IMG/VR virus record: IMGVR_UViG_3300014204_000137
Coordinates: 34,586 to 98,585 of that record
Strand: one strand, 5' to 3'
Source: a virus
Taxonomy: Duplodnaviria; Caudoviricetes
Length of the DNA stretch: 64,000 nucleotides
In this document: positions 1 through 9,937 of the stretch, piece by piece
Layout of the letters: each line of letters begins with the position of its first letter
Numbering within the stretch: the first letter of the stretch is position 1
Program-made: the position numbers and the translations under genes
The notes under the pieces: model-generated
What the model saw: only the letters and a program-made list of their open reading frames with translations
What the model was told of the DNA's origin: nothing
The model's database searches: none

Positions 1-479
1 GAATGATTAAATTATATCAACGAAAGTATCCAGAGAAGCAGTTAGTAATATTCGTAGATAGTTTAAATCAGATGCATACGAACGTCAAAAAAGAAACCAG
101 AGATATCTACATGTATATTTCTGGAAAATTAAAAGAGTGGACAATTAAATTTGACGTTCCAGTTATTGCAATATCTGAGTTGAGAAAACTTAATCATCCC
201 GGAGCGCGTCCTACGAATGATGATATTAAAGAAGTATCCGATTTAAAATATGACGCCGATGCAACCATACTAATTTATAACGAATTGCACTCTCGTAGAG
301 AAACTACTGAACGAACATTTACTGGACCAAATAATATGATTTACCCCATAGTTGAACTCATATTTTTTAAGAATAAAACTAGCGGATTTAAAGGAAACTT
401 CTACTACAAGTTTTATACTGATATTGGGAAGTTCGAAGAATGCACTTTAGACGAAATGCGAAGGTATTGGAACCAATGA
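1..479 (+). CDS. dnaB: DnaB-like replicative helicase, C-terminal part (5'-truncated)
   Basis: VIFVDSL (Walker B), VPVIAISEL, RPTNDDIKE..DLKYDAD, KNK.G motifs. Confidence 0.85.
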   Translation, partial: MIKLYQRKYPEKQLVIFVDSLNQMHTNVKKETRDIYMYISGKLKEWTIKFDVPVIAISELRKLNHPGARPTNDDIKEVSDLKYDADATILIYNELHSRRETTERTFTGPNNMIYPIVELIFFKNKTSGFKGNFYYKFYTDIGKFEECTLDEMRRYWNQ

Positions 480-820
480 AGATAGTAATAGGAATAGTGA
501 TCGTTTTAATTGTTGGAGTAGCTTTCCTTATTCCAAAATTATTTACGCGAGAAGAGCCTAAAGATAATTTTGATAAACCTCACTCAGAATATCCATATGT
601 ACTAAAAGGAGTACTTTATACAAAAACAACCCAGATTAGTATGAGTATTATAGAATATGTAGAACTGGTCCAATCAAAATATGAGAGATACATAATCATC
701 CACTATCAATATAGCGACAGTAAATTTCATTCAGGAATGCTTACAATGACTGAAGAGAATTACTTAAAGGTCAGACAAGAATTTTTATCTAGAAATATTG
801 CCGAAGTAAAGACGGCATAA
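476..820 (+). CDS. Membrane-anchored hypothetical protein
   Basis: ATGA overlap with dnaB stop; N-terminal hydrophobic helix KIVIGIVIVLIVGVAFLI. Confidence 0.65.
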   Translation: MKIVIGIVIVLIVGVAFLIPKLFTREEPKDNFDKPHSEYPYVLKGVLYTKTTQISMSIIEYVELVQSKYERYIIIHYQYSDSKFHSGMLTMTEENYLKVRQEFLSRNIAEVKTA

Positions 821-830
821 GAGTTATAAT
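821..830 (+). promoter_or_regulatory. GAGNKATAAT promoter-like motif (copy)
   Basis: GAGTTATAAT then an AT-rich stretch and AGGAGG RBS; motif recurs at gene boundaries. Confidence 0.6.
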
Positions 831-850
831 ATTAGTAGGAGGAAGTTAAG

Positions 851-1177
851 ATGGAATGTCCACGAAAAGATATGGAAAGCGATTATCCAGTAGAAAATTT
901 TAGCGAACACGGAAGTGAGTGTAAACGCTGTACTAGTTATAGAAATTGCTTATTCTATAGTCAAAAAGCAGAAGAGGAGAAAATCGTGGATTCTGAAAAG
1001 AGAATACCTATTTATAAAACTGCTGAGTATCAGGAAAGACAAACAACTTTCTTTAGAAGTCCCAAACTTACAGCAGATGACGTAGCTGATTTTAAGATCG
1101 ATTTAAACACCAAGAACATCATAAAGGAGTTAGAGAATGAAAATTCACACAGAAATAAAAATCGACGCAGCTCATAA
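851..1177 (+). CDS. Hypothetical Cys-containing protein
   Basis: AGGAGG RBS; C..C....C cluster. Confidence 0.65.
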   Translation: MECPRKDMESDYPVENFSEHGSECKRCTSYRNCLFYSQKAEEEKIVDSEKRIPIYKTAEYQERQTTFFRSPKLTADDVADFKIDLNTKNIIKELENENSHRNKNRRSS

Positions 1178-1508
1178 ACTTCCCAACTACGTAGGTAAGT
1201 GTCATAACCTACATGGACACACTTGGAAGATTGTAGTAGAAATCGATGCAGACGAGTTAGACAAAAACGAGTTTGTAGTAGACTTCACCAAAGTGAAAGA
1301 AGTCGTTAACCAACTCGACCACGCATACATAAATGACTTCGTGGAGAATCCTACTGCAGAAAATATTGCTGTTTACCTAGCTAATCAAATCAAAAAGTTA
1401 GGTGACGTCTGGGAAGAATCTACTCCAGATAAAATAGTGAATAGGTTTAATTCGGTCACTATTAAAGTTTACGAAGCAGCAGAAAGTTTCGCTGAAGTAA
1501 CTATTTGA
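1137..1508 (+). CDS. queD: 6-carboxy-5,6,7,8-tetrahydropterin synthase QueD
   Basis: DAAH.LP.Y.GKC..LHGHTW, VVDF..VK, LDH.Y.N, NPTAENIA, V.VYE. Confidence 0.95.
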   Translation: MKIHTEIKIDAAHKLPNYVGKCHNLHGHTWKIVVEIDADELDKNEFVVDFTKVKEVVNQLDHAYINDFVENPTAENIAVYLANQIKKLGDVWEESTPDKIVNRFNSVTIKVYEAAESFAEVTI

Positions 1509-1594
1509 CAGGAAAAACTCAGACCAGTTAGGTCACTCAAATAAACGTTCCTTCAGCTCAAAGGTTATTCAGCGAATATATTTAGGAGGGAATA

Positions 1595-2035
1595 GTGCGA
1601 GGTAGATATAGTTGGAGGCAGTTCGAAGAAGACTGCAAAGTACTTACAAAGAAGATCAAACGTAGTAAGTTTCAGCCAAAAACTATAGTTGCATTAGCTC
1701 GTGGTGGATTAACATTAGGAGTAAAACTTTCGCACAGTTTACATACTCCATTAATGATAGTCTCTGCAAAAACATATAATGGTGAAAAACAATCTTTAAA
1801 TACAGTACTTTTAAATTCAAGTTATACTGTACCTCTTCAATCTCCAATCCTTATTCTAGATGAAATAGCCGATAGTGGAAAAACTTTAGCTGTAGTAATG
1901 GACCATTTTAAGAGTTTGGGAGTAATAGTAAAAACAGCTACAATACTCTATAAGAAGCATTCAGTAACAAAGCCAGACTATTATATAAAGGAAGTAGAAA
2001 ACGAGAAGTGGATTGAGTTTCCCTGGGAGGCTTAA
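1595..2035 (+). CDS. Type I phosphoribosyltransferase (xanthine/guanine PRT-like)
   Basis: VALARGG, PRPP loop ILILDEIADSGKT, C-terminal WIEFPWE. Confidence 0.9.
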   Translation: MRGRYSWRQFEEDCKVLTKKIKRSKFQPKTIVALARGGLTLGVKLSHSLHTPLMIVSAKTYNGEKQSLNTVLLNSSYTVPLQSPILILDEIADSGKTLAVVMDHFKSLGVIVKTATILYKKHSVTKPDYYIKEVENEKWIEFPWEA

Positions 2036-2382
2036 TGAATAAAAATACCCTGGTAGAAGAATTTTTAAAGTTAGATGAAGAATTAGAAAAAGAATCTAAA
2101 GAAGATATCCAACATGATGACGTAAAACTTCATAGATTCTTTAATCTAATAGGTACTCCAGAAGTTCAAAATTATTTAGGAGATGAGTATCATAAAGATG
2201 GAGGACAATTTTATATAGGAGATAAAGTACGTTCCATTAAAATTCACCAAACAGGTTGGGAAGAAGCAATCGTAGTTAAATACTCCGGACGTCCTCTTAT
2301 TATTGTTAAACCATTTAATTATTTTACAGATCCAAACTCTACCTGTGTAGCAAATGAAGAAGAAATAGAAAGAGTAAAATGA
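2035..2382 (+). CDS. Hypothetical protein
   Basis: TAATG-coupled ORF. Confidence 0.65.
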   Translation: MNKNTLVEEFLKLDEELEKESKEDIQHDDVKLHRFFNLIGTPEVQNYLGDEYHKDGGQFYIGDKVRSIKIHQTGWEEAIVVKYSGRPLIIVKPFNYFTDPNSTCVANEEEIERVK

Positions 2383-2636
2383 AAAATTATCAAATAGTAA
2401 CTGATCCAATTCTTTTGAAGGGAAAATATTTTGAAATAATAGATGGAAAATTTTTCGATAGATGTGCTATGATTACGCATGCCTTTTTTGCATATTCCAA
2501 TCCTAAAATGCTAGTTATTAGGTGCTACCCAGATAGATTAATAATGGAGTATGATCTATTACCGAATGAAGAGGGAAAATATAACTTAGAGAGGGTACAT
2601 GAACATATCAGAGATTTTTGTAGCTCTTCAAGGTGA
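2379..2636 (+). CDS. Hypothetical protein
   Basis: ATGA-coupled ORF. Confidence 0.6.
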   Translation: MKNYQIVTDPILLKGKYFEIIDGKFFDRCAMITHAFFAYSNPKMLVIRCYPDRLIMEYDLLPNEEGKYNLERVHEHIRDFCSSSR

Positions 2637-3243
2637 GGGAAGATTTCAAGGAACTCCTGTACTTTTTATAAGAACGTCAGGATGTACAAGAGCTTGTTCG
2701 TGGTGTGATACAAAATATCATACGGAAGGAAAAGAGATTAGCATAGTAGAATTAAAAAGCACTATCAAGAGAATAGTCTGTACAGGAACTACTACAGTTG
2801 TATGGACAGGTGGTGAACCTCTAATGCAACTAAAAGAAATTTTAGAAGTTATGAAAAGACTTCCAACAGATATTAAATGGCATTTAGAAACGAATGGTGA
2901 TTTAATAACTGACGATCACGTTTACAGAACACTATCGAAACATTTTAATTATATTGCAATAAGTCCCAAATGTCTTAAAACTGGTTCAGCAGTTTATAAT
3001 CTTCGACAAAGGTACGTACCAAATAATGAAGATGCCCTAGTAGATATTAAAGTAGTGACTGATCTAGAAAAAATAAATACGGAGTTAGTATTTTTTGCTA
3101 CATCTCTAATGCCTTATACTACATATAATAGAGAAGTAGACGACGAAGTACGTAAGAAAGTTTGGATGTATTGTGTAGAACATAATCTACATTATAGTGC
3201 GCGTCTTCATACTCTTAATTTTGGTAACAAGAGAGGTGTATAA
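2599..3243 (+). CDS. queE: 7-carboxy-7-deazaguanine synthase QueE (radical SAM)
   Basis: EIF.ALQGEG..QGTP..FIRTSGCTRACSWCDT (CX3CX2C), TGGEP, LETNG, ISPK. Confidence 0.95.
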   Translation: MNISEIFVALQGEGRFQGTPVLFIRTSGCTRACSWCDTKYHTEGKEISIVELKSTIKRIVCTGTTTVVWTGGEPLMQLKEILEVMKRLPTDIKWHLETNGDLITDDHVYRTLSKHFNYIAISPKCLKTGSAVYNLRQRYVPNNEDALVDIKVVTDLEKINTELVFFATSLMPYTTYNREVDDEVRKKVWMYCVEHNLHYSARLHTLNFGNKRGV

Positions 3244-3557
3244 TGATATGTAGAGTGTGTGATCAAGAAATAACTGAGAACGGAACAAAAAAATTAAACA
3301 TAGACGTTCATGAAGGTTGCAAAGATTTTGTAGTTTATTATGAAAATAAATCTGATATGGATTACGTTCGATGTCACGGAAACGTAATTGATCTTGTTCC
3401 ATCATTTATTAATGGATGGCTAAAAGGAGTAGGAAAATGTCCTAAGTGTGGAAAATTATATGTAACTGATAGATTTCCAGATAACCCTAAACCACGTAAA
3501 CTTAAATTGCCAGATCCACCATCGGCAGAAAAGAGATCATCAAATGCAATACAATAA
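3243..3557 (+). CDS. Zn-finger hypothetical protein
   Basis: CRVC and CPKC pairs. Confidence 0.6.
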   Translation: MICRVCDQEITENGTKKLNIDVHEGCKDFVVYYENKSDMDYVRCHGNVIDLVPSFINGWLKGVGKCPKCGKLYVTDRFPDNPKPRKLKLPDPPSAEKRSSNAIQ

Positions 3558-4434
3558 AGGAAAATTACCAGACGTTCAAAAAACGAAAATCAAAGATACT
3601 GCTATCTCCAGCGTAGGAGAAGAGAATATTGATTTTCAATTTAAGGTGTATAGAAAAAATCGAAAAGATTTTGTAGCAACCGCAGCTAAAGTAGACGTGT
3701 ATCATTGGCTACAAGGAAATCGAAAAGGCACCAACATGTCTAGAATTATGGAAGTACTAATGGCTGGAAGAGAAAAGCCACTCGATAAGAAAAATTTAAA
3801 ATTACTATTAATGGACATGATTACTAGTTTAGAGAGAAAAGAACCAAAAGAGCCTAAAGTTCTAGTAAAGGACGTCTACATAGCTATTCGATTTACATAC
3901 TTTATGGAGAAGGAGGCACCATATTCAAAAAAGGTAGGATTATTGGGATATGATTGTGCATTTTATGGTAAGTTAATGCGTACTAATAGTCCAGATAAGT
4001 TTTTATTTACACATGCTATTGAAGTAAATGTTCCAGTAACTTCTCTGTGTCCATGCTCTAAAGAGATTTCAAAATATGGTGCTCATAACCAAAGGAGTAA
4101 AATATCTGTAACTGTACAACTTAAACCAGATCGTACTCTATGGCTAGAAGATCTGATACAGTTAATAGAAAAGCAAGGATCTTGCGAAATCTACTCTCTT
4201 CTGAAAAGGGACGATGAGAGAGTAGTTACTGAACGCGCATACGAAAATCCAAACTTCGTAGAAGATATGGTTAGAAAAGCTCGTAGAGCATGCGAAACTT
4301 TAAATGAAGTTAAAGCTTTTAAGGTAGGTGTAGTAAATTATGAGAGTATTCATACTCATAACGCTGTAGCACATATGAAACGAATAAGAAAAGGACGTAT
4401 ATGGATATCACCATACAAAAAGGATATACTCTAA
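3544..4434 (+). CDS. folE2: GTP cyclohydrolase type IB (FolE2)
   Basis: LPDVQ, GTNMSR, SLCPCSKEIS..GAHNQRS, LKR.DE..VTE.AYENP.FVED.VR, ESIH.HNA. Confidence 0.95.
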   Translation: MQYNKGKLPDVQKTKIKDTAISSVGEENIDFQFKVYRKNRKDFVATAAKVDVYHWLQGNRKGTNMSRIMEVLMAGREKPLDKKNLKLLLMDMITSLERKEPKEPKVLVKDVYIAIRFTYFMEKEAPYSKKVGLLGYDCAFYGKLMRTNSPDKFLFTHAIEVNVPVTSLCPCSKEISKYGAHNQRSKISVTVQLKPDRTLWLEDLIQLIEKQGSCEIYSLLKRDDERVVTERAYENPNFVEDMVRKARRACETLNEVKAFKVGVVNYESIHTHNAVAHMKRIRKGRIWISPYKKDIL

Positions 4435-4898
4435 TGCAGCCCAAACTCATCAATAAGATTTACTTAGCAGGACCTCTTGAAGGGAGAACTGCAAAAGAAA
4501 GATTTGCGTGGAGAGATTACGCAACAGATTACTTGAAGGATTATGGTATTGAAACATATATTCCTGGAGAAGATCTAACTCTAAATGACGCTCATTCAAT
4601 CACAATTTTAGACTATGCCATGATTGATAATTCAGAAGCGTTGTTAGTTAATTTAACTTGTCTTGGTGAGAATACTCCTACCAATACAGGTACACTTATT
4701 GAAATAGGTTATGCGAAGAAAGCAGGAAAACTCATTATTGCATACACCAATAGCGAGTGGCAGAGAGAGAACAGATTCTTAAAAGGAACTGTGGATATGA
4801 TTTTTAATAAATCATTCTTTAATGGAGATCCACTTCAATCTGCATTAGATTACATAGCAAGTTTTAACAAACGAAGGAGGAACGAAAGTGAAGTATAA
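4434..4898 (+). CDS. Nucleoside 2-deoxyribosyltransferase (NDT)-family protein
   Basis: IYLAGP, D..MI..S, GTLIEIGYA; start placed at TAATG overlap. Confidence 0.85.
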   Translation: MQPKLINKIYLAGPLEGRTAKERFAWRDYATDYLKDYGIETYIPGEDLTLNDAHSITILDYAMIDNSEALLVNLTCLGENTPTNTGTLIEIGYAKKAGKLIIAYTNSEWQRENRFLKGTVDMIFNKSFFNGDPLQSALDYIASFNKRRRNESEV

Positions 4899-5154
4899 AC
4901 ATCAGAAAGATTTCAAAAAGTTTATTGGAATGATGCAAACAGGATTAGAGCATGGACAAGAGAAATATGGTGATACTGGACTATTTGGTGACTCTCAACT
5001 AGAGATGATTGAAGAAGAATTGCGCGATGTAGCTTCATACGCATATTTACTTTTCTTGAAGATACAGATGCTAAAAAGACGTATGGTTAAGATAACTGAC
5101 CTAAAAGAGATAACAGGAAAGATCAGTAAAAACAAATTCAAAAAAGGAGTTTAG
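4888..5154 (+). CDS. All-alpha NTP pyrophosphatase (MazG-like / dNTP diphosphohydrolase-like)
   Basis: G.EKYG and EEELRD...Y (EExxD) motifs. Confidence 0.5.
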   Translation: MKYKHQKDFKKFIGMMQTGLEHGQEKYGDTGLFGDSQLEMIEEELRDVASYAYLLFLKIQMLKRRMVKITDLKEITGKISKNKFKKGV

Positions 5155-5155
5155 G

Positions 5156-5602
5156 ATGCGTATCCGAATGGTGTTTGGTGGAATTCTAAAGTTCAAAAAA
5201 TTAGTTAAGGAAGCAAAGATAACTTATCCAGTAATGCAAAGTGATGTTGGATATGACATGTGCTCAATAGAAGATAAAGTTATTAAACCAAGTACCAGTG
5301 AAATAGTTCATACAGGACTGGCTTTTGAGATTCCAGAAGATTATTATGCTCTTGTTAGAACACGTTCTGGATACGGAGTCAAAAACTCTCTTCAACTACA
5401 TCATGGACTAATTGATCCCGGGTACAGAAACGAAATTACTGTGTGCATTTATAATCATAGTGCGACTGAGTACAGAGTTTCTAAAGGAGATAAAGTTGCT
5501 CAACTAGTTATTCTACCACGTATAGTACTACCCCTAAAAGAAGTTTCAGAGTTACATCCTTCAGAACGAAATCTTAAAGGACTAGGATCTACAGGTAGGT
5601 AA
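5156..5602 (+). CDS. dut: Trimeric dUTPase
   Basis: GYD, RSG, GLIDPGYR.EI, GDKVAQLV, R..KGLGSTG. Confidence 0.93.
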   Translation: MRIRMVFGGILKFKKLVKEAKITYPVMQSDVGYDMCSIEDKVIKPSTSEIVHTGLAFEIPEDYYALVRTRSGYGVKNSLQLHHGLIDPGYRNEITVCIYNHSATEYRVSKGDKVAQLVILPRIVLPLKEVSELHPSERNLKGLGSTGR

Positions 5603-5603
5603 T

Positions 5604-6767
5604 ATGAAATCTAATAAGAAGCTATTTTGGATTTTTGCTTTATCTGCCTCCGTATATTTCACTCAGGGCATAGAGGGTCTCCCAGGACAAGCATTTTTCT
5701 ACTACCTTAAAGAAACTCTAAAATTTAGTCCATCCACAATCATGTATTTAGGTACCATAACTGGTATCGCTTGGTTGATAAAACCAATTTGGGGATATGT
5801 GATGGACGTCTTCAAACTTAAAAAACGTACCTGGATTTTACTAGCACTAGCACTAGACCTTATTATTGCCGCGTTTATAGGTTTATGGGCAATACCAGTA
5901 GCTATAATAATTGCATTGATGACTATAAAATCTACTAACGCAGCATTTAGGGATGTAGCCGTTGACGGTATAATGGTAGTAGAAGGACAGAAAAATAATT
6001 GCTGTGGACGCATCCAATCAATTCAATGGATGGCAATTTCAATAGCTAGCATTTTAACTGGTATTACAGGAGGATATATTGCTGAGAAGTTTAATTATCA
6101 GTTAGGATACCTTCTTCTTATACCCATATTTATTTTAGTCGCAATTCCAGCACTATTCTATAAAGAAAAACCCAAGACTAGAGAAAAATTTAAAGTTGAG
6201 AAGATCAAAAAGTTGTTTAAAGATAAGAGGTATTTAATAGGGGGTATATTATTTATGTTCTTTTACTGCTACAGTCCTAGTTTTGGAACACCTCTCCTAT
6301 TTATACAGAGGGATGAGTTTCATTGGTCTAAACTATTTATAGGAGTATTAGGCACAGTATTATCCGCGTTAGAAATTTTAGGTGCAATTGTTTACTATAA
6401 ATTTAGCAAGAAGTTGAATGTACGAAAGTGGTTATTGTTTTCAGTTTTTCTAGGAGCCTCTACTACAATGTGTTATCTTTACTACACACCATTCACTGCA
6501 ATCGTATACGCGGTAGTATTCTGCATAGTAGGTATGTTTATCCACCTCATTCTCTTAGATTATGTTGCTAGAATATGTCCTAAAGGATTAGAGACAACAG
6601 CATTCGCGTTGTTATGTAGCGTGATGAATATCGCAGGAACAGTCTCTAGCTTAACAGGAGCAGCTCTTCTTCCAATAGTAGGATTAAAGCCTCTTATAGT
6701 AATTTCAGCTCTTACGAGCTTTTTATGTTTGGCGTTCATTAAATACGTTAAGGTGGAGACTACATAA
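5604..6767 (+). CDS. MFS transporter, BT1 folate/biopterin-like
   Basis: About 12 TM helices; YFTQGI, AW.IKP.WG...D, DVAVDG.MV, CP.G.E.T.FALL.S. Confidence 0.85.
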   Translation: MKSNKKLFWIFALSASVYFTQGIEGLPGQAFFYYLKETLKFSPSTIMYLGTITGIAWLIKPIWGYVMDVFKLKKRTWILLALALDLIIAAFIGLWAIPVAIIIALMTIKSTNAAFRDVAVDGIMVVEGQKNNCCGRIQSIQWMAISIASILTGITGGYIAEKFNYQLGYLLLIPIFILVAIPALFYKEKPKTREKFKVEKIKKLFKDKRYLIGGILFMFFYCYSPSFGTPLLFIQRDEFHWSKLFIGVLGTVLSALEILGAIVYYKFSKKLNVRKWLLFSVFLGASTTMCYLYYTPFTAIVYAVVFCIVGMFIHLILLDYVARICPKGLETTAFALLCSVMNIAGTVSSLTGAALLPIVGLKPLIVISALTSFLCLAFIKYVKVETT

Positions 6768-7322
6768 ATGGGTCCCATAGAGCAAAAAGCCAGAGAGATT
6801 TTAAAAGATTTCGAAGATAAAATAGACCAACCTGCATCCTTATCTGGATTATACCATAAGGGAGAGTCTATGCGGGATCATCTAGAAATGACTACTAGTA
6901 TTATGAAGCACTTATGCGACGCTTATAACATTAAACCAGAAGAACGAGATATGTTAATAGCTTGTTGCCTTTTACATGACATAGGTAAATTTCCCATATC
7001 CAGAAAAGGATTTATTGAAGGACAAATAAAAGAAGGATGGCTGTATTATGAAGCAACAGGTTGGAGCAGAATAGAAAAACGTATGAAAGAGCATCCAACT
7101 CTTTCGGCAGAAATTATAGAGAAGTACGGCATACCTAGAAAAGAAGAGATCAAGAGAATCGTGAGTAGACATATGGCTCATTGGTATAAGAATTCTCCAC
7201 AACCAGAAATGATGTACGATTATATGCTGGTAACAGCTGATTATTTAAGTACTCGCCAAGAAGACCTCTATAAGTATGTAGAACGTACTAGCGAGTTTAT
7301 TAAGAAACCTTCTGAGGGATAA
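6768..7322 (+). CDS. HD-domain phosphohydrolase
   Basis: H..GE...DHL, LLHDIGK, EHP, RHM.HW, ADYL. Confidence 0.85.
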   Translation: MGPIEQKAREILKDFEDKIDQPASLSGLYHKGESMRDHLEMTTSIMKHLCDAYNIKPEERDMLIACCLLHDIGKFPISRKGFIEGQIKEGWLYYEATGWSRIEKRMKEHPTLSAEIIEKYGIPRKEEIKRIVSRHMAHWYKNSPQPEMMYDYMLVTADYLSTRQEDLYKYVERTSEFIKKPSEG

Positions 7323-7330
7323 TATAATTA

Positions 7331-9937
7331 ATGGAAACCACAAAACCTGAGAATTGTATAAAGTGTAAGTTGCATCTAACTAGTTGTGTAACGTCTAGTT
7401 TGAACGGACCTACTAGCGCATACAAGGTAATGGGTACTGGATCAACTACTGCAAAAATTATGTTGATAGGAGAAGCACTAGGTCAACAAGAAGCGTTAAC
7501 TGGAATACCTTTTACAGGATCTGCGGGAAAGCTTTTAAATGATGCATTAGAAAAAGCAGGTCTTACTAGAAACGAATGCTATTTAACAAATGTGATTAAA
7601 TGTCGCCCACCTGAGAATAGATCTCCATCAAAAGCAGAATGTAAATTATGCTTACCATTCCTTCTAGAAGAGATAAAAACAGTTAAACCAAAAGTAATAG
7701 GATTATTAGGTAGCACTTCCTTGGAGATAATTGCAAAACTAAAAGGAATATCTAGAATTCGTGGAAACGTATTTGATATAGATATAGAAGGAGTCATTTA
7801 TAAAATTATCCCTATTTGGCATCCAGCGTATGTTTTAAGATTTCCAGAATTGACAAATTTAAAAGACGAATTGGTGAAGGACTTAAAACTTGCAAAAGAG
7901 GTTAGCGAAAAAGAGAATTACGTAAAAACAAAAACACCAGTTAGATATGAATTAGTGGAAGATGAAAAAGACGTAGAGAAGGTATTTGCATATCTAGAAA
8001 AGATTAAACTTAAGAAAATTGTATCATACGATATCGAGACAACAGGTTTTAATTTTCTGAAAGATGAAATTCTTAGTATAGCGTTGAGTTGTGAGGAAAA
8101 CGAAGGAATATGCATGACTGGCAGTATTTATTATAATTTAGTTTTACCTAAATTAAAATCGATACTAGAATCTCCAGAGATACTAAAAATAGCGCACAAT
8201 TTAAAATTTGATAATAAATTTTTAAAGACTAGTGGAATAAACGTAAAACTGCCATTATCAGATACTATGTTGAGTCACTATTTATTGGATGAGAATAGTA
8301 CCCACGGACTAAAAGAACTCGCTTGGAAATATACAGATATGGGTGGATACGATGATGGAGTAGATTACAAAGAGTTTACCCACGAAAAGTTTTATAGTGA
8401 TGCTGAATTTAGAAAAAAGATTATGACTTATAACGTTAGCGATACTGATTGTACGTTACGACTATATTCAATATTTAAACCAGAACTTATAAAAGAAAAG
8501 TTGGATAAGGTTAACGAGTGTATTTTGATTCCACTCTCTCAAGTATTTTTAGAGACTGAGTATGATGGTGTACCATTAGATATTGAGTACATGGATAAAT
8601 TAGAAAAAGAAATTGACGCTAAAATTGCCGATATAGAATTTCGTATGCTAAATTCAATAGAGATTAAAACTTCTGAAAAACTTATTAATACTGTTGACAT
8701 CAAAGTAGATAATGTAGTAGTAGAACGTAAAATTATACCGCCCGAAGATAAAAAGTACAAAAAATTTAACTTAAAGTCTACTCACGATTTACAAGTATTA
8801 CTGTATAAGGTATTAAATTTGCACGCACTCAAACAAACAAAAACAGGATATTCTACTGATAAAGAATCTATGGATTACTTGCAGGGTAAACATCCTTTCG
8901 TAGATTTATTGTTACAGTATCGTGGAATTACACACGACAAGTCTGCGTACATAGTTCAGATGAGAAACAATTTGGATAGTAGGGGTAGAGTGCATACTGA
9001 TTATGGTTTACACAAAGCAGTTACGGGTAGACCTCAATCCGCTGAACCTAATCTTCAAAATATTCCGCGTACATCACATATCAAGAGACTTTTTATAGCT
9101 GAACCTGGATGCCTACTTTTATCTGCAGATTATAAACAGATCGAATATCGAGTATGGATAAATTTTGCAAATTCCAAAAAAGGGTTAGAAGATATAGCTA
9201 GAGGATTGGACATCCATTCAGAAGTATGTTGTATGGTCTGGCCACAGCTATATAAAAAGGTATCAGAAGGACAGTATCAAGTAGTAGCCACAGGAGACAT
9301 ACTTAAAAAGATCGATGGCAGAGATGATACTGCAATTCACGAACATCGTGTTAGTGCGAAGAACGTAGTGTTCGGAGTAATCTACGGAAGAGGAATTAAG
9401 AGTTTAATGGCTGAATACAAATTATCTGAAGCTGAATGCAATAAGATTTGGACAAATTTTTTCGCTATGTATCCAGAAGCAGAACAGTGGTTAGAAAATC
9501 AAAAGAAGTTTGTAAAAAAATATAAGTATGTCAAAAATATGTTTGGTAGGATACGGCGACTTCCTGAAATAGATAGTAATGAAGAGGAGTTTAGAGCAAC
9601 TGCTATTAGACAATCATGCAACACTCCTGTCCAATCTTCTGCTAGTGATATCCTATCTACTGGTACTATCAGAATATTTAATTTGATAAAAAATAATAAT
9701 ATGAAGTCAAAATTGTTCTTTTCAATTCACGACGCTTTAAAATATAACGTACCATTGAGTGAGTTAGATATGGCAATACAAGTTATAACAAAAGGGATGG
9801 GAGATCCAATTCCTGGAGTAAACTTTCCTCTAGAGGTAGAATTTGAAATAGGTCCTTCGTGGGGAGAGATGATTGGATTAGAGGAGTTCAACGAAGACAG
9901 AGAGAAATATTTAAAATTATGGAGGATATGCAAATGA
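7331..9937 (+). CDS. polA: Family A DNA polymerase with N-terminal family-4 uracil-DNA-glycosylase domain and 3'-5' exonuclease
   Basis: UDG4: C..C.L, IGEALG, PF.G.AG, TNVIKCRPP.NR.P, HPAY; Exo: DIETTG, AHNLKFD, YN..D; Pol: TGR..S.EPNLQNIP, ADYKQIEYR, R..AK...FG..YG, IHDA. Confidence 0.95.
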   Translation: METTKPENCIKCKLHLTSCVTSSLNGPTSAYKVMGTGSTTAKIMLIGEALGQQEALTGIPFTGSAGKLLNDALEKAGLTRNECYLTNVIKCRPPENRSPSKAECKLCLPFLLEEIKTVKPKVIGLLGSTSLEIIAKLKGISRIRGNVFDIDIEGVIYKIIPIWHPAYVLRFPELTNLKDELVKDLKLAKEVSEKENYVKTKTPVRYELVEDEKDVEKVFAYLEKIKLKKIVSYDIETTGFNFLKDEILSIALSCEENEGICMTGSIYYNLVLPKLKSILESPEILKIAHNLKFDNKFLKTSGINVKLPLSDTMLSHYLLDENSTHGLKELAWKYTDMGGYDDGVDYKEFTHEKFYSDAEFRKKIMTYNVSDTDCTLRLYSIFKPELIKEKLDKVNECILIPLSQVFLETEYDGVPLDIEYMDKLEKEIDAKIADIEFRMLNSIEIKTSEKLINTVDIKVDNVVVERKIIPPEDKKYKKFNLKSTHDLQVLLYKVLNLHALKQTKTGYSTDKESMDYLQGKHPFVDLLLQYRGITHDKSAYIVQMRNNLDSRGRVHTDYGLHKAVTGRPQSAEPNLQNIPRTSHIKRLFIAEPGCLLLSADYKQIEYRVWINFANSKKGLEDIARGLDIHSEVCCMVWPQLYKKVSEGQYQVVATGDILKKIDGRDDTAIHEHRVSAKNVVFGVIYGRGIKSLMAEYKLSEAECNKIWTNFFAMYPEAEQWLENQKKFVKKYKYVKNMFGRIRRLPEIDSNEEEFRATAIRQSCNTPVQSSASDILSTGTIRIFNLIKNNNMKSKLFFSIHDALKYNVPLSELDMAIQVITKGMGDPIPGVNFPLEVEFEIGPSWGEMIGLEEFNEDREKYLKLWRICK

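Noticed and set aside
1505-1594. Possible preQ1 riboswitch or sigma70 promoter between queD and the PRTase
   Set aside because: The GACC/GGTC hairpin has only a 5-nt loop and lacks the preQ1-I consensus; TTGACA at 1505 has no good -10 at 16-18 nt
7331-9937. Uracil- or hmU-substituted genome implied by the SPO1-like UDG-Pol fusion
   Set aside because: A dUTPase is present and no dUMP hydroxymethylase or dCMP deaminase is seen in the window
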